Shown here one piece after another: positions 60,784 through 64,000 of a stretch of DNA of 64,000 bases; the first letter of the stretch is position 1; every line of letters begins with the position of its first letter. The notes beneath the pieces were generated by a model. The model saw only the letters and a program-made list of their open reading frames with translations. It was not told the DNA's origin and searched no databases. Source of the stretch: Halorarum halobium (GTDB taxonomy: Archaea; Halobacteriota; Halobacteria; Halobacteriales; Haloferacaceae); assembly GCF_032116555.1 (NCBI RefSeq), contig NZ_CP134949.1, forward strand, positions 620,001-684,000. Direction: 5' to 3'. A program made the position numbers and the translations under genes.

Positions 60784-61440
60784 ATGGTGTACGATGCGGT
60801 CGTGTTCGACAACGACGGCGTGCTCGTCGGGCGGACGAGCTACGACGTGCTCCACGAGGCCGCGTGGGACGCCTTCGACGCCCTCTCGGTCGCGGACCCG
60901 GACCCCGACCACGTCGAGTCGATGGTCGTCGGCGTCACCCCCGAGGGGGTCGAGTCCGTCTGTTCGGCCTACGACCTCTCGCCCGCGGAGTTCTGGACGG
61001 CCCGCGACCGCACCGCGTTCGAGGCCCAGCGCCGCGAGGTCCGGGCGGGCCGGAAGTCGCTGTACGACGACGTCGACGTGCTCCGCGACATCGCCGCGCC
61101 GCTGGGCATCGTCTCGTCGAACCAGCAGGAGACGGTCGATTTCATGCTGGACCACTTCGGCGTCTCGGACCTGTTCGGTGCGGCCTACGGCCGTGAGCCG
61201 ACCCTGGAGAGCCTGACCCGCAAGAAGCCGAACAGCCACTACATCGACCGCGCGCTGGGGGACCTGGACGCGGAGACGGCCCTGTTCGTCGGCGACAACG
61301 AGTCGGACCTGCGGGCGGCCGACAACGCCGGGATCGACTCGGCGTTCATCCGCCGCCCGCACCGCGAGGAGTACGACCTGTCGGTCACGCCGACCTACGA
61401 CGTGCAGGACCTCCACGACGTCGCCGCGCTCTGTCGGTGA
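60784..61440 (+). CDS. HAD family hydrolase
   Basis: FDNDGVL, VSSN, KKP, VGDNESD. Confidence 0.9.
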   Translation: MVYDAVVFDNDGVLVGRTSYDVLHEAAWDAFDALSVADPDPDHVESMVVGVTPEGVESVCSAYDLSPAEFWTARDRTAFEAQRREVRAGRKSLYDDVDVLRDIAAPLGIVSSNQQETVDFMLDHFGVSDLFGAAYGREPTLESLTRKKPNSHYIDRALGDLDAETALFVGDNESDLRAADNAGIDSAFIRRPHREEYDLSVTPTYDVQDLHDVAALCR

Positions 61441-61655
61441 GCCGGGACGGGGGTCGGCGCAGGCGCGGAGCGGCGAGCACCACGGTGCGAGCGTAAGTAG
61501 CGCGAGTGTAACGAGCGCGAGCAGCGCGGAGGGGGGCACCGAGTCGAGCGCCGCGCGGCCGTTCGGGGCGTGCGTCACGCCGGCCGAGACGATGCCGACG
61601 GAACCGGGTCCCGATGGGGGACAAGCGTTTCACCCGGCGCCGCCTACACCCGAGC

Positions 61656-62075
61656 ATGAGCGAACAGGAGCCGAAACCCGACCTCCCGAACACCGACAAG
61701 GAGTGGCGAGAGCGACTGACCGACGCGGAGTACAAGATCCTCCGCGAGCGCGGGACCGAGGCGCGCTTCTCCGGCGAGCACGTCGACCGCGACGACGAGG
61801 GCGTCTACACCTGTGCGGCCTGCGGGACGGTGCTGTTCGACTCGTCCACCAAGTACGACGCCGGCTGTGGCTGGCCGAGCTTCTACGCGGCCGAGGACTC
61901 GGCGGTGACGTTCGAGGAGGACGACCGCCACGGGATGACCCGCGTCGAGGTCAGCTGTGGCACCTGCGACGGCCACCTCGGGCACGTGTTCGAGGACGGT
62001 CCGGAGCCGACCGGCGAGCGCTTCTGCATCAACTCGGTCGCGCTGGACTTCGAACCGGACGGGAGCGAGGAGTAG
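61656..62075 (+). CDS. msrB: Peptide-methionine (R)-S-oxide reductase
   Basis: GTEARF, CAAC, GCGWPSF, CGTC, HLGHVFEDGP, RFCINS. Confidence 0.96.
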   Translation: MSEQEPKPDLPNTDKEWRERLTDAEYKILRERGTEARFSGEHVDRDDEGVYTCAACGTVLFDSSTKYDAGCGWPSFYAAEDSAVTFEEDDRHGMTRVEVSCGTCDGHLGHVFEDGPEPTGERFCINSVALDFEPDGSEE

Positions 62076-62099
62076 CGGGCTCGGTCGGTCCGGGCCGAA

Positions 62100-62345
62100 T
62101 CAGTGCGTCAACACGAGCAGCCGCTCGGCCGTCCGCGCGAGACAGATGGGCCCGCCCGGCGCGCCCTCGAACGTCACCTCGTCGTCGTCGGTGACGAACA
62201 GGCGCTCGAACGGCCGGTCGCAGGCGGGACACGCCAGCCCGTCCCGGTTGTCGAGCGTCATCGACCCGGCGTCCTGCCGCCGCAGTTTCAGCTTCGCGCG
62301 GTAGTCGTGGACGTCGAAGCCGTCCGAGAGGTCGAGCCGGTCCAT
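62100..62345 (-). CDS. Small CPxC-containing hypothetical protein
   Basis: FDVHDYR...CPACDRPF...ICL...TH. Confidence 0.7.
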   Translation of the reverse strand: MDRLDLSDGFDVHDYRAKLKLRRQDAGSMTLDNRDGLACPACDRPFERLFVTDDDEVTFEGAPGGPICLARTAERLLVLTH

Positions 62346-62446
62346 ACCGGTCGCTGCCGGGCGGCGTTGAAATACGTGGCGGGCCGGGAGTCAGCGGTGA
62401 GAACGAGCGACCGAGCGCCGGGAACCGAACCGCGATACGACCCGGA

Positions 62447-63061
62447 TCAGGCCGGTCGAGCGAACGCGAGCGTGCCCGAGACGTTGTGGACGTAGGCGTT
62501 CACCACGTCGCCCTCCTGTGCGCCCGAGACGAACACGGTGAACTTCCCCTTCTCCGCGACGCCGTCGCCCTTCCGCCCGGTGCCGGTGATCTTCAGTTCG
62601 TACGTCTTCCCCTCCTCGATGTCGGGGCCGGCCGCCTGGCGCGACGCCGACCCGGAGCGCTTCTCGACCGGCCGGAACGCGCCACAGGCCTGACAGCGGA
62701 GCATGTCGATGCCGTCCTCGGTCTTGAGCACGGTGTCGGGCAGGCCACACTCCGAGCAGGTGACGAACTCGGCGACGTACTCGTCGATGGCGGCCTCGAA
62801 GTCGGCGACCGAGAACGAGCCGTTGTAGCGGGCGACGCCGTTCTCGAACTGGCCGTTCGTCCCCAGGTCGCGCTGGATGGAGCGGTGGACGTGCTCGGCG
62901 TCACGCGAGAGCGCGTCGGCGATGGCGTCGAGGTTGGTGAGGCGGGTGAACGCCCCGTCCGTCTGGCCCTCGGGATCCGGCACGTCGAGCCGGTCCCCGC
63001 CCTCGGCGGGCGATTCGGGCAGCGACTCGTAGGCTCGGTCGAGCGCAGAATCGTAGTTCAT
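62447..63061 (-). CDS. eif2b: Translation initiation factor 2 beta subunit with C-terminal TRAM domain
   Basis: CSECGLPDT, CQACGA zinc ribbon, GRKGDGVA TRAM motif. Confidence 0.92.
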   Translation of the reverse strand: MNYDSALDRAYESLPESPAEGGDRLDVPDPEGQTDGAFTRLTNLDAIADALSRDAEHVHRSIQRDLGTNGQFENGVARYNGSFSVADFEAAIDEYVAEFVTCSECGLPDTVLKTEDGIDMLRCQACGAFRPVEKRSGSASRQAAGPDIEEGKTYELKITGTGRKGDGVAEKGKFTVFVSGAQEGDVVNAYVHNVSGTLAFARPA

Positions 63062-63329
63062 GCACGGGGTAAGGGAGTTCCCGCGTAAATGGATTCCGAG
63101 ACAGGCGTCAACATGGTCCGAGCGGTTCCGGGACCGTCCGTATCCACGAGCCGAAGCCGACGGCCGGAACCGGCGGCAGAAGCCGACGACCAGCGGTCGA
63201 AGCCGACGCTCGAATCCGGCAGCCGGACAGATCGCTCGAATCGAGCGCCAGTGTCGAGCGGTGTGTCACCGACGACCACGCCGCGGTCGGGTAGAAATCC
63301 TTTCCACAGACGGCCGCCGAGTGCGGTCA

Positions 63330-64000
63330 ATGAGCTACAAGGTCGGCCTCGTGGGGAAGCCCTCGGTGGGGAAATCCAGCTTCTTCAACGCGGCCACGAT
63401 GAACGACGTGCCCGAGGGGGCCTACCCGTTCACGACCATCGACCCGAGCGTGGGGGAAGCGTACGTCGGCATCGACTGTGCGGCCCCGGAGTTCGACGAG
63501 GAGTGCGAGCCGAACCACGGCTTCTGTACCGGCGACACGCGGTTCGTGCCCGTCAAACTCGTCGACGTCGCCGGGCTCATCCCCGGCGCACACGAGGGGA
63601 AGGGGCTGGGCAACCAGTTCCTCACCGACCTGAACGAGGCGGACGTGCTCGTCCACGTCGTCGACTTCTCGGGCACGACGGACATCGAGGGCGAGCCGAC
63701 CGAGGGCCACGACCCGCGCGAAGACGTCGACTTCCTCGCGGACGAACTCGACCAGTGGTACCTGGGAATCCTGGAGAAGGGTATCGAGAAGTACGGCTCC
63801 ATGTACGAGGGGCCGAACCCGGGGGACGAGATCAAACTCGAGGAGGTGCTCGCGGAGCAGTTGAGCGCGTTCAGGACGAACAAGGACGAGATCAAGCAGG
63901 TCGTGCTCTCGCTCGGTCTCGAACTCGACCCCGAAGGCTGGGACGACGACGACCGGTTCGAGCTCGCGCGGGAGCTGCGAACGCGGACGAAACCGATGAT
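63330..64000 (+). CDS. ychF: YchF/Obg-family ATPase (runs off window end)
   Basis: MSYKVGLVGKPSVGKSS, YPFTTIDP, DVAGLIPGAHEGKGLGNQFL. Confidence 0.93.
   Translation, partial: MSYKVGLVGKPSVGKSSFFNAATMNDVPEGAYPFTTIDPSVGEAYVGIDCAAPEFDEECEPNHGFCTGDTRFVPVKLVDVAGLIPGAHEGKGLGNQFLTDLNEADVLVHVVDFSGTTDIEGEPTEGHDPREDVDFLADELDQWYLGILEKGIEKYGSMYEGPNPGDEIKLEEVLAEQLSAFRTNKDEIKQVVLSLGLELDPEGWDDDDRFELARELRTRTKPM

Overview
GC-rich haloarchaeal (class Halobacteria) chromosomal segment, judged from the acidic proteome, aIF5A, aIF2-beta, Cbf5, the archaeosine genes and a PilA-type pilin. It is mostly core genes: translation and tRNA modification (aIF5A-agmatinase, cbf5-cmk, tgtA/arcS/RaSEA, aIF2-beta, ychF, a VLRF1-type factor, tRNA-Pro(GGG)); purine and cofactor synthesis (purQ/S/U/C, cofH, beta-RFAP synthase, moaB, tmk); central metabolism (ilvD, bacterial-type ppc, E1-alpha, a hydantoinase/oxoprolinase pair); transporters and small hypotheticals. 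A short lower-GC islet with a pilin gene abuts the 3' end of tRNA-Pro. I saw no transposase, integrase or CRISPR array. The most striking unexplained signal is non-coding: a modular intergenic repeat family at about 5.6-5.9, 27.5-27.7 and 53.6-54.0 kb. Its copies keep fixed ends (GAAAGCCC ... CCCCTTTCAGTCCCACCCG) around a 12-13 bp stem whose sequence differs in each copy but pairs perfectly. A smaller cassette with fixed ends (GTCACGCGAGCG ... GTAA) appears twice at G|C junctions within these modules with no target duplication. Other points are a candidate pur-gene operator, an in-frame loss of a Zn-ligand His in an M14 deacylase, and a UbiA/lycopene-cyclase-domain fusion. All calls come from motif recognition by eye; no searches were run. 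Several start codons were re-chosen from the ORF track.
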